Source: Azolla caroliniana (lineage: Eukaryota > Plantae > Polypodiophyta). From it: DNA of 64,000 nucleotides. The position numbers were made by a program, and so were the translations under genes. Numbering within the stretch: the stretch's first letter is position 1; every line of letters begins with the position of its first letter. Below are positions 38,246-50,449 of the stretch, piece after piece. The DNA lies in contig JBHGNT010000020.1 of the NCBI GenBank assembly GCA_043228905.1, forward strand, positions 9,052,001 through 9,116,000. The letters run 5' to 3'. The notes beneath the pieces are model-generated. The model did not search any database, was not told where the DNA came from, and saw nothing but the letters and a program-made list of their open reading frames with translations.

Positions 38246-39756
38246 AAAATATACATTATCTTTCTAGTATGTGCTCATAGTGCTCATTTCTCCTATCTCT
38301 CTTTACCAATTTTCTGTTTCCCTCTTTATGTCTCAATATCATGAAACATATCACTTCTCCTATCTCACTTTACCAAATTACTATTTCCCTTTTTATGTCT
38401 CAATATCATGAGATAATAATGAAAACATATAATGTTTGGTGACATAATAATGAAAACAGAGAAAAAAATAGAAATCATTGTTCACCCTAAATGAAAAAAC
38501 AGAAAAAAGCATAAATATGTATGGGGTAAAATAGAAATCCATCATGTTCATAAGTGGAGAAAAGTTTATTTGCACACCTGTGATTCTTGCTTGTGATAAA
38601 GAGAAGAAGACACAGAAATTAGGTTATTCTTGCGTATGATAAAGAAATCAGGGTGCTCGACGAGGAAACAGAGAAGCGAGGAAACAGAGAAGAAGACACA
38701 AAAATTCACGATTTTGAATTTCCCCCAAATAGACCCCAAAATAGTTTTCTCTCTCTTACTTTTCATTTTTGTTTTTTAATGTTTTTTTGCTTTTTATTTT
38801 TTCTTATTTGTTTTTATTTGTTTTTATTTTTATTTGTGCTTGGACGGCCTTGATCATCCGAGATTCCCGAGATGAGTTCAAGGCCGTCCAAGCCCTAGAT
38901 TCACTCCCTCTTCACATTTATGAACCTGAGGTCGAATAGAAACGAGGGTGCAAGCATGCCTCGCCAACCAGTATTATTGTTACAATCAATCCAAACATGG
39001 AATCTCCGCTATGTCGAACCATTTGATGGTAACAAGTATGTATGTACTAGTAGCAATGGACTATTAAATGCAATGCGGGTGGAAGAAAAGGTCTCAAGCT
39101 TGTGAAAACAATGACATGCTACCAATTTGTTTTATTACGGCAAATCATTCAAGTGAGCACACTTGTTACTGAAAGTGTTGATTTTAAGTGGATATATATT
39201 CCCACTTACCCATGATGACAAAATGGTTTAGGTTCCATCTCCGTAGAAATCAAATGTAGTTTATAAAACAACTCTCTCCCATGCATAAGGGTGTTTATCT
39301 ATAGTGGATTAATGTTGATTAATCATTGTATTATCATGCCTCATTTGTTTAATATAATCTTGCCTTGTGTACTCTCTCTCCTTTTTCTCACACACACAAT
39401 CTCTCATTCTCTCTCCAACGTAATACTTGATCCTCAGTAGTTCTAGGTTTCTAGTTCTTTACATTGTATTAAGTTTGTGAGAGTTATTCTTCAACACAAT
39501 CTTCACCTCTTCCTCATGTTAGTCATTCGTGCTAGAATCCACTCATTCGTATCACATGCTTGGTCACTCTATTATAGGGCATCTACATGGTCTACAAGTG
39601 GTAAAGTCCATCATTGTTCATGTGTTTCAAAGGAAACTGCCTCCAACATAAGCATGCAAAATGTATAGTTGCCAATGCTAAATTGAAACCCTCGTAATAA
39701 ATGGGTGGGAATATTCATTAAGTGGATTGTATACTTTATGATATCTCACTCATTCT

Positions 39757-40077
39757 CCCTTCATGACGCATTGGTTGACGATTCTATGTAAGTACTTTAT
39801 GTTATCTCCCTCAGTCTCCCTTCTTGACGCATTGGTTGAGGATTCTATGCAAGCACATGTGGAATGTAGATTACCCCATGTATTACAATGTTGATCATAG
39901 TAGCTTAATATTGATTTATCATTCCCATTTTGCTTTATATAATCTTCCCTTCATGACGCATTGGTTGACGATTCTATGTAAGTACGTTATGTTATCTCTC
40001 TCAGTCTCCCTTCTTGACGCATTGGTTGAGGATTTTATGCAAGCACATGTGGAATGTAGATTACCCCATGTATTACA
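39757..40077. repeat. ~188-bp-spaced duplication with internal sub-repeats, within a probable LTR relic
   Basis: cccttcatgacgcattggttgacgattctatg...ccccatgtattaca occurs twice; degenerate tggtatca PBS-like motif near 40118. Confidence 0.7.
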
Positions 40078-40859
40078 TGATACTTGATCCTATGAAAACT
40101 TTTCTAGTTCTTTTTTATGGTATCAAGGTGTGACAGTTGAACTTGTACATATCTTAATTTTTTGCCTATGTGTATATTTGAGGTTTTTCATGCTAGAACA
40201 AGTTGGTTATCAACATTTGCTATTACAGAGCATTTGTTGTGCTTGTGATTGCCATGAATCTATGAGAAGGGTGTAAAGTATATGAGGGGGACCATAGGGG
40301 ACTTGCAATAGGGAAGATGGAATAGATGAGTTTGCTGATAAAGCTATGTGGAAGTGGGATAGGTGTGTCCACATGTCTTCGTGCTTCTAAAGACTTTTTG
40401 TTGCTAGTTTGTAAGAGAAGATACATGCAATAGTTTGCGTAGCTAATTAAGTGTGTGCACATGTGCACTCTTGTACGAGTGTGCTTGTGGATCTACTTGA
40501 GTGGGAGCATATTCACAAATGTGTATAATGCATATGGGTTTTGATGAAGTGTCCTTTGATGTGCTCATGTGCGTGTTTTTGTTAGTATGAGGGGTCAAGC
40601 ACATATTCATGGAATGTGCATATATGTATATGTGTGTGGTTGAAGTGAGTTGTGTGTGTGAACTTGTTACGTGTATGTGTATTTGTGCATGTATGTTTGT
40701 TTTTATTTGTTTACGTGTGTTGGTTTTGGTACTCCTATGTAATCGGGTGTGTTATGTGCTTATCAAGTTATCTGTAAATGCGTATATGTGTTTTATAATT
40801 TATGAGGGGAATATTGTGAGATATCAACACCAATAGGGTAATCTAAGAGTACCGACACA

Positions 40860-42850
40860 CATTCCCTTGATCTAATGTTTGGCCCCACCATCCAAGATCA
40901 ACCAAATCACTCTCAATGCATCTAATTAAGCACCGACTTCCACATATAAATATGTAATCTTCATGCCAATGCAAACACATTCCACGTCTCAATGGCTTTA
41001 GCTATATAATCATGTACAACTTTGAGAATCATTAGCCAATGCTTGAGCTATCAATGGTCTCCTGGATGGTAGAGCCAGACCAACTATTTCCGCATGTTGC
41101 CAACTTATGCATCTTAATCAGAATCAAGTATGTAACAATGGCAGATGATAATGGACTCAATGGGGATCTTTGTCTTAGTGACATTGTCAATGGCATCTCC
41201 TTAGTAGCTCCACCATTTAACATAACATGTGACATTGTACACCTAACCCTAACATCAAAGAGAGACGATACATTTGTTCGCCAAAAACCCATATGAGACA
41301 TATGTTGGGTAACCAAAGACGAACTTACATGATCATATGCCTTCTCGATATCTAGTTGTATCATTACAATTTTTCTTTTGATTCCATTGACATTTATTTG
41401 CACATTCAATTTATTGTGAAGAATGTCCTTTCATGCAGTAAACCCATATTGCATAGAATGGACCATAAAAGGTAATATCTTTTAAAGTCGACATGTAATT
41501 ACTTTGGCAAAAATCTTATACAACCCACCATTCATGATATCGGTTTCCATTGAGCAAAGGACACAAAAGATGCAACTTTGGGTATAAGTTTAACAATATC
41601 AAATTTCCATGAATCAAGCATTTTACCAGTACTCCACGCTTGGAACAACATTGTTAGAAGGCCTTTGAGTTGTTGCACAAAAGCTTCAAAAAACTCACTC
41701 ATAATTCCATCCCAACCCGGACTTTTATCATCTAAAAGATGTGATAATACATAGTCCGCCTCTTCTTCCTTTATATCCTCCTCCAATGCAATCATGACAT
41801 ATTGCCTACCAATACCCTTGACTAATTTAAATAACATCGATCATGCTTACCTCGTGTCACCATTTAGGGAACATTTTTGACTGAAAAGAGTTGTAAAATG
41901 TTTAACACAATTATCAATAATTACTTTGGGGTTGTATTCAAAGTTAGATCAATCTCTAGGCATACTACATTCGTTCTAGCATGGGATGCATGCAACCCAT
42001 GAATTTTTTTATGTGATTTGACAATTGTGACCATGTAATTCACGTTTCATGCCCATCACACATGATTATTGGTAACTATGAACCTCTAGACCTTGCAAAG
42101 CTTGTGACAATATCACTTGAATATCGAACACATCATCAAATGGGATTGGAACCAACAATGCATTACATTTGTCTAGAAATTGTTTGATTAACCTCATCTT
42201 GTTGTTTGCAAATGGATGCTTGAGAAATCACATCATAACATGTAAAGCAATGAATATTAGAAAGACAAATATCCCATGAAGAAACACCATGGCCATTGGC
42301 TTATCTTGTAAACTCCCCCACCAATTGTCCATAGCATGTTAAAATTTATCATATCCAAGAAACGAAGAATTAAATCTAAGTAGTTGTCCTTCCAATAAGG
42401 ATCTAAAACCATCCATTGTTTGATGCATACATTCCAAAACAACCGGAATATGATTTGATGATCCAATCCCTCTATACACTTGCATAGTCAAAAACTCTGG
42501 CAAAAAAAGTATCGTCATGCAAAATGTATATGTGATCCAATCTACTCTAAGTTTGTCTATATTGTGTAGATTAAAACATATAACCAACATTAGTTCCATT
42601 GATCCAAGTCCATGCATCATACCTTAGAGACCTCCTCAATAAACAAATGTCAAACCTCTCATCCGGGGGCATCCATCAAACTATGCATCAAAGTAGATTA
42701 GACCACCTTAGAACACATATTAAAATCACCTAACAAAAACCTTGGTCTTCCAAGGGTGTAAAACCTTGATTTAAACATCACCAAAGTTCCATGCGTTGCA
42801 CGACAACATGTGGTGCATAAATACCAAACCACCCAAAACCCTTTCCCTTT
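40860..42850 (-). mobile_element. Degenerate L1-type LINE ORF2 (endonuclease + RT)
   Basis: GDFN, SNHIPV, KSPGWDGI, WKPIS, LDIEKAYDHV and LRQRSPLSP motifs in order, with many disruptions. Confidence 0.85.
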
Positions 42851-42959
42851 CATAGTTTAATTTCAACCATTAAGACTCGACCATTTACATCTCTTTGAAC
42901 CACCACTGGTTGCAAGCTATATACCTCACAAGTCATATTTGACCTCAGAAGACGATAAT

Positions 42960-42999
<40 letters not shown>

Positions 43000-43204
43000 G
43001 GCTTGGTCGTCTTTGTGTCCGTGTGTGTCTCTCTCATTCTTGTAGTGTGTAGTAAGCAATGGTTCTAAACTTCTAAGTTCTACCTAAGGATTACATTGCC
43101 AGAATAACCCCCTATTTCTTCATCTATTCAAATTTCAAATTACAAACTCTTCTTCTCCAACGTTCTTCTCTCTCTCTCTCTCTGTGTCTGTGTGAGCTAA
43201 GGCT

Positions 43205-43336
43205 ATGGCCTTACCCTCCCACCTCGTGCTTATCCTCATCATCATCGCCGCCGTCATCGCTCTCTCTGTTCTCTGCTGCATCTGCTCCTTCGTCCGCTCC
43301 TGCTGCAGCTGCGTGCGGAGCTGTCTCCCCTGCTGA
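43205..43336 (+). CDS. Candidate 43-aa single-TM, Cys-rich microprotein MALPSHLVLILIIIAAVIALSVLCCICSFVRSCCSCVRSCLPC
   Basis: ATG in good context (gctATGg); GC-rich ORF in AT-rich flanks; CT-rich leader; plausible 3'-UTR intron 43379-43680. Confidence 0.6.
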   Translation: MALPSHLVLILIIIAAVIALSVLCCICSFVRSCCSCVRSCLPC

Positions 43337-45466
43337 TTAGCCAAATAACAAAAGCAAGAGGACCGGAAGAGATCTGAGGTTCGATTCTCTACACTTACCC
43401 TAACTCCCGCCTTTTCTCTAGGGTGGAATGTATGTGTACTTATATATGTCTCTGTTTTCTTCAGCTAATTGAAATGAGGTCTTCCTGTATGTCGTGCTGG
43501 TTGTTGCTCAGCATCATCATGTTTGTAACACACGTATTTGTATGTATCTAATTATGCGAGCATCTTTTGATGCCACATTATGTACATGTTTGTAAGCATC
43601 TCTAAATCTCCCATCTTCTCCGTGTAACAGTAAAATTCAATCCCAATACTCACCATTTTCTTTTTTCTGTTTCTTCATAGGCTCTTGATTGACAATTTGG
43701 CACTCTTTTCCCGCAATGGAGCTTAAACAATGACTATGATCATACTTCATCACCCTGCCACCGCATTTAGCAGGAAAATGCTTGTTTCATTTTACTTGAG
43801 AATTAGTATGTACATATACATTTTTACATGAACGAGCGTTTTCCAAAATCTTACTGTTTGTTTTTGCAATTACATTATCCTCTCCCACTCTCTCTACTAA
43901 ATACATGTGCATTGTATTGTATTCTTGTGACCCAAACATTAAATTTGGCAAGCGATGAATATTCAAGGTTTAAAGAAAAAACTCTCGTTTTTAACTTGAT
44001 CTTATCATATCAATCTTTGGATCATGTGAGCTTGAATTATCATGATCAATCACATAATCATGTATGGACAATTTAGGTAGGAGTTAATGAGTAGCTCACT
44101 GAAGAATGACGCAAATCACAATGGCAATTATAATTTGATGTGCTATATGAATTGTGGAATGTTATTCTTGCAGAGCTAAACCCAGGAATGCCATCTGTAC
44201 AATTATGTTTTTTTCTTGCAAAACTAAAACCCTGTTCAAAACTCATGTACGAATACCTGTCCTCCATTTTATGATTTAATGTTATTGCATATATTGTATC
44301 AACAAGGTAATACCAGTCCTGTCTGTGCTGCAACTATACTAACATAAACGTGCATTGCATATGTCTACATGTTTCCTTCAAATTTTCTCTCAAGCTTAAA
44401 GTTGCAGCAGGATGAAGGTGCATGCTAATTGCCCTATACATTTATGTCCTCTTTTGCTATGAGCTGACAGTTGGACTATGGACAATCAAGTAATATATGT
44501 TAATAACTGTCTAATCTACTTTCTACTTCTGAATCAAGTGATATGTGTTTATAAATAACCATGGGCTGTATAAACATCAACAATTCAAATCTTCATAATT
44601 CAGTCAGATTGAGTTATGCACCAAAGCTCTACTGATAGAATTTGACTATGATTTATCATAAAAGTATGATTGTGTATGATTAAAGTGTTCACTAGGGCAC
44701 AATCCATACGAATAAAGAGAACAATACAATCAATATGTGATCAACAAGAAATCCTTAGTCGGCCTTCTCCTGATAGGCAAAATGCATCTCATTGACTTTG
44801 GACTAAACCAAATTTTGCTGGATTTTGGGCATCATAAAGACGGTTGCTACCTATATTGATTATAATTTATAATCATAAATATTGGTTTTGGCACACAGCA
44901 GCATGATCGTATTATCATGGACAACAATGGATGTTTTCTATTGCTAAATTATAATACCACTGAATATTCAATGTAGATAAAAGTTATATAAACTCCATAA
45001 TGTTGTATGTAAGTGATGCCCACATGCCAATAAACGTGCACGCAAGATTTGCACAGAATAATATGAAATTATGTTGCAAAAACAACAAGATCTATTGGAT
45101 TTAAATAGAAATATATTTGTGTAAGATTCTGTACCCTAGAATATATTTCAACTGGCATATTCAAATGCAACACATAACATGCATTTAAGTTTAACTGAAC
45201 GAAATATGACAGAGATTATCACAGCGAGATACATTTGCTCTTGCCTTGGAATATGAATCTTTATTTTTGAGCCACATGACTTCAGCTCATTAGCCATTAT
45301 TTTTTATCATTTACCTAGAAAAGTGATTAAAATGATGAAAGATACACATCGCAAATATCTTTGAAAAGCAGGAAGATACACTCATATTATAACAATGAGG
45401 AATATTTTCAATTGTGTTATGTTGCACCGCATTACAAACAGCATTGTGTATAGGCTACCAATCCCT

Positions 45467-47943
45467 CTATTCCTGAAACTGCCACTCCCTTCGGCACATT
45501 GGGCAATGAGGATGGGGACTCTGAGAATTTACCCATTTCAAAATGCAATGTAAATGGAAGGCATGATTGCATGCTCCCCAAACTGCATAAACAACAAAGT
45601 TTATTCGTTAGAAAGATGAAAGTAGTTTTGCGATTATAGTAATAGGCTTGCAAAAAAGGAGTTTTACTATTGCAGAATGAATGCAAGCATACTCAACTTG
45701 TGGAAGTGTCCCTCATTTGCTTGATCAACCATTGCCTGAAAGGCTAAACCTGATTTTAACTTCTAGTTTTGTCTCAAGAAACTATATTCTCTTCTCATTG
45801 CATCTATAGTTTGTTTTTTCAGTATCCAATCCATCCTTTTCCATTATCTTTTTTTGTCCTCCTAGAAAATGGGGTATGGTTTCCAAGATTTTCATTGCAT
45901 ACGTTAAACCATTTTATCCTTGTCTTGTATCGAAATTAATTTCTTTTATATCTAACTGGTGTTCTTACAAAACTTTTCAATTATCATTCTTTGAACTCCT
46001 AGACTGTGAGAGTTCTGGTTTCCAAGAATTTCATTTCATACTTCATGTGTTCCACTTAGGACGCATCCTAAGGATAGTTGAAACTGTGGTCTCCTTCCTT
46101 TCTCTGCATCTATATTTTTGTTGCTTTGATAGACAATAACTTTCTCCTAACATTTTTACTTTCTTTTTACTAATGTCTTTCATAGGATAGAAGAGTTATG
46201 GCTTCCCAGAGTTTTATTACATTTTATTGCATAACTTTAACATCACCTGTTTCCATGTTTTTTTCCATATTTCCTGAGACATTAATATTACTGCCAGGGT
46301 ATTGGGAATGCCAGAAACCATATCTTACAAGTTGTATGTGAAAAGGAGTTAACGGTATGTAAGTTCAATACGTATGAATTTACCATTTAACACTTGCACT
46401 TTTCCAAAAACAAAGAAAATAGAGAAACAAGTAGTAATTTCAGACGCACATATTTATATCACTTACTTAGAGGGCAATCATCTCCCGGAACTTTACAATC
46501 AGGACAGCAACCATCAAAAGCCATTCGGCATATCCCACATGCATCGTCATGTGCATCCCAAGTCCATGCAGCCACAGCATGCCAACTAAAATTCCAAAAT
46601 CATATTATAAGTATATTCTGATGATCAACATAACAACTGGGCTTCATCAACTGTAGTACTTAATGTTGTTTCAATAGAACCCTCAAAAGGTCTTCTATTG
46701 GATTAAACTGAATGTTACGAATAGAGTATCTTCTACAGTCTTTCCAAAGTGCATGAGAGGAGTTTCAATGACAGCACTCACTACATTCCAGTTTTACACA
46801 CAAAGGTTTCATAAACCACTTCAAGTCCTACTTCCAAACAGAAAACACAGAAGTTAATCAAAAACTATGATTATATTGTAAGTGACAAGGTTCAAACATA
46901 TTATCACAACTACTATGAATCTAGAGAGTCCAGTGGTTTGGAATCTAAACTCTAAATCATGGTATCTAATTATGAATTAATTTAGGGATTTTGATATGAT
47001 GGAACACTGAGAATTGGAAATTTGGAACTTGACATTGGGGCAAGTTGAGCATATATTCTCAGAGGGTTGATATATGACAGAAAAATGTTTTGATGCACAC
47101 AAAATAGTAGTTGTACATAAGTGGATTAAGTTTGTTGGAGAATGTTAACTCTACAAACCTAATTCAAAAGACTTCAGACATCAAGGTTCAGATTTGGCAG
47201 ATAGAGGGTGAATTCTCTAAACTCTTGGAGACCATCGCAAGTAACTACTTACTACCTCTATAATGTCTTCAACCACTAGAACACCAAAAAGTATTAAAAA
47301 CTTTACACTTGAATTTGTGGTGCTTTGTCATCATGCACACAAAGGAAATCTCAGCCAATTAGAAAGACAGGATTCCAGAATACAACCTCCATCTCAAAGG
47401 AAATTCTTTGAGACCATCACCATTAGCTACTTACTACCACTACAATGTCTTCAACCACTAGAACACCAAAAATATATAAACTTTACGCATAACATTTGTG
47501 GTGGTTTGTCTCATTATGCATACAAAGGATACTCAGCCGATTAATAAAGAAACGTTTCACGACGAATTGATCGCTATTAATTTATCTACTAGCCAACTGA
47601 ATTTCTTGCATGATGAATAGGGGTAGCCCCAAAATATATAGAGATTATACGCATCTCAAAAAGACAAGAGAAAAGAAAAACCAAGGAGATAGAAATACGT
47701 ACCCTGATGGATGAAAAGATTCCAAACGCGAAATCGAGACCTTAGTTAAGGGAAAGAAAAAAGATCGAGAATCACTAAATTTCCTAAAACTAAACAAAGC
47801 AAAAACAGCAGCAAGAGCAGATCGTATATGCCCATTTCTTGTATATACTGGGTTACAAATAGCACAAAAAAATTTAATAGAATTTTGTCAGATTTCTCGT
47901 ATATTGAGAAGAGAGAAAGGATACCCAGAACTTTCACTTTCAT
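45467..47943 (-). CDS. APC11: Anaphase-promoting complex subunit 11 (RING-H2), 84 aa. Exons 47925-47943, 47703 (1 nt), 46467-46585, 45467-45582
   Basis: MKVKVLGWHAVAAWTWDAHDDACGICRMAFDGCCPDCKVPGDDCPLIWGACNHAFHLHCILKWVNSQSPHPHCPMCRREWQFQE*; 19+1+119+116 = 255 nt. Confidence 0.96.
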
Positions 47944-49066
47944 CTTTCCTGCAGAAAGAAGCGAAAGCAGAATGTCAATTAAAAAACACACAGAAAAAGA
48001 AGAAGAAGAAATCATAAGAGTGTTGTCGCACATCATCAGAAGAAACTCACAGCAAGAGAACAAGGAGAAAGAAATGAAAGGACTTGTGAAATGGATACCT
48101 GCGAATGAATGTGAGGGATGGATGTCCAGACAGAGAATGATACAGAGACTTCAGATTTACTGAACATTCGAATATGAACTGAACAAAGTATGCAGAGATT
48201 TACTGAACATTCTAATATGAACCCAAGAAAGTATGTATAGATTTACTGAATACAATTATGAACTCAACAAAGTATGTATGTATAGGCATAGCATCACTTC
48301 AAATTAACCAGATTTCTCTATCTGAGTCCTAGCATGGTGAACATAATGTTTGAGTGTAGCACTTCAAATTAAACCAGATTTCTCTATCTGAGTCGAGGCA
48401 TGGTGAACATAATGCTCGAGGGGGACAAGATTACGGCTAGAGAGGGCCATGAGTGCTTCTATTGCCTATGTGCGAGATGAAGGTTTCTGGTATCTGCTAA
48501 ATTGAAAATCGAGGCAAAGTGTGTCCCGATATTTGGTAATTTCCCAATAGTGTGAAGGCAATGCCACCGTGCAACGGCCTTACCCCCAAGTTGTCGACCA
48601 ACATAAGCAATCTTCATTATGTCTCGCTTGGGATAGAGCTCAAAACGAGACTACCACTGGCCAAGCCACATGTAGATTGCTTCTTTGGTTTAGCTTGACG
48701 TTCATTTGGTCAACTAGTATCTCGTTGCTCATTAATGAACAAGAGGAGCTTCCACGAGATTATCGAATAATGAAAATTTTGTACTTGTAAGAAATATGAC
48801 TCGATAGGGATTGCCCTAGGAATGGTTCCTTGATGTCTAGCAAAGAAATAGGATTGGGTCATACAAATAGTTGTAATACGATGTTGTGATGTAAACATAT
48901 CCTTGATAAATAACAATTGATATCATGATCTCACGTCAATGCCCCTCCTAACATATGAGATAAGGTTCAAGATCAAGTAACACAAAAGTGGTTTAAAAAT
49001 CACATGGGTGACAAATGAATATCTTTTCTCTATCTATCTCTATATCGATTTTTTCATGGTGGTTCC

Positions 49067-50091
49067 TCAAGAATCGACAATGTCCTGCTCATCATTGTAC
49101 TTTGGATAAGGGTATGACATTGTATCGTCCTCGTCAGCACATATTGGTACTCGTATGACTTCTTCTTCTAGTGGTTGCACTGGGATAACGTCCTCCACCG
49201 GCGATGTTGGCACCAAAATGACTTCTTCTACCGGTGGTGTCGGTGTCATGGTATCTAACCCCGGTGTTGGTGTTTGCTCGAACACTTCCTCGTTCGACTC
49301 TTCCGGAGTATTGTGACTCGATCCATAATTAGAATCGACACTTCGCTCGTCGTTCGACTCCGATTCGTACGCTGAAAACGCGCCTAGATCCCTTGCCTCG
49401 GATGCTAAGGTTTGTAATATACCTTCCGCGCCGACGAGGTTTGTGAGGCTGCTTTCCTCGTTTGAATGGCATTGATTCTGTATCCGGATTGTTTTTTTCA
49501 TGACCCTCCAAAGCACTCTGGGAAAAGACCGATCCTGCCGGATCTCCTTGGTTGCCTACTGGTATGCTTCCCTTCTCCACAATCTCTCACCCAATCATCT
49601 CGCTTGTTTGGTTACTAGGTTGTTTGTTTGTCTAGACAACATCCATCCTCCGATGTTCCCTGCTCTATGCAAAAATCGTGGTCGCCAAAATTGTGTTTAT
49701 CCTGGTTGGACTCTAGACACTCCAGAATACGTCTCCAAAGGTATGGTCAGAGAAATGGATTAACATCCCTCACTCTTATCATTTATCCGATTACAATCCA
49801 GAACACATATATCATATCCAACCATGAATTACATGCGTAAGATTGAGATATAATCATAGACGACAAGTACACAAGATAGACAATCAATAAGTAATATATT
49901 ACTTGCACCAAATACATACAATCCAGATCCTTTATATAGGTATCCAGTCTGAGTACAAAACGGTGCCTTCACCGCCTATCCGATTATAAAACGGTGCAGA
50001 TACGGATTGGTACATCCCTCCGGATCCGTCACTTCCGTATATAATTTTCGTCCTCCGGCTCACACCTTCGAATCATACTCTTTTCCTTGGC
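49067..50091 (-). mobile_element. Truncated relative of Gypsy B: 5' LTR (~49692-50091), PBS 49678-49687, start of gag
   Basis: ORF 49067-49516 resembles 16980-17978 (AFSAYES, YPKY); PBS tggcgaccac; LTR shares tttatatagg and tacaaaacggtgcc with 18001-18430. Confidence 0.85.
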
Positions 50092-50449
50092 CAATAGGCA
50101 ACGGTTTGGTTCAACCGTGAAACCACAGTTTAACGATTTAAACGGTTCGGTTTGGGGGTGAATGGTTCAATTTTAACAGATTAATGGTTTTTGTTTTTAT
50201 TTTTAATTATTATTATTTTAAACAAACTTTTTATTTTTTAAGCCTAATTCTCAATTTTTTTGAAAATGCACACCGAACCACGAAATCGTGGTTTTAGCAG
50301 TTTTAACGGTTTGGATTTTTACCTAACGGTTCAGTTTAAACGGTTTTGGTTTAACAGATTCATGGTTTGGTTTGGTTTGGTTCAAGTTTCAAAAATTTTA
50401 AATGGTTTGGTTTAGACGTTCTTGAACTGAACTGAACTGTTGCCAATTG
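50092..50449. mobile_element. MITE-like element with aaccg-rich subtermini
   Basis: Inverted ends caataggcaacggtt / aactgttgccaattg; no clean TSD seen. Confidence 0.6.

Larger units (their letters stand above)
34786..38939. mobile_element. Mutator-like (MULE) element with ~105-bp TIRs, internally degenerate
   Basis: 34786-34890 is the reverse complement of 38835-38939 with ~7 mismatches; contains a SWIM-domain ORF. Confidence 0.8.

Noticed and set aside
44073-44333. 86-aa ORF downstream of APC11
   Set aside because: No recognisable motif; more likely 3' UTR or intergenic sequence.
45432-45686. ORF-track protein overlapping the last APC11 exon
   Set aside because: Wrong frame; the conserved RING-H2 sequence is in another frame.
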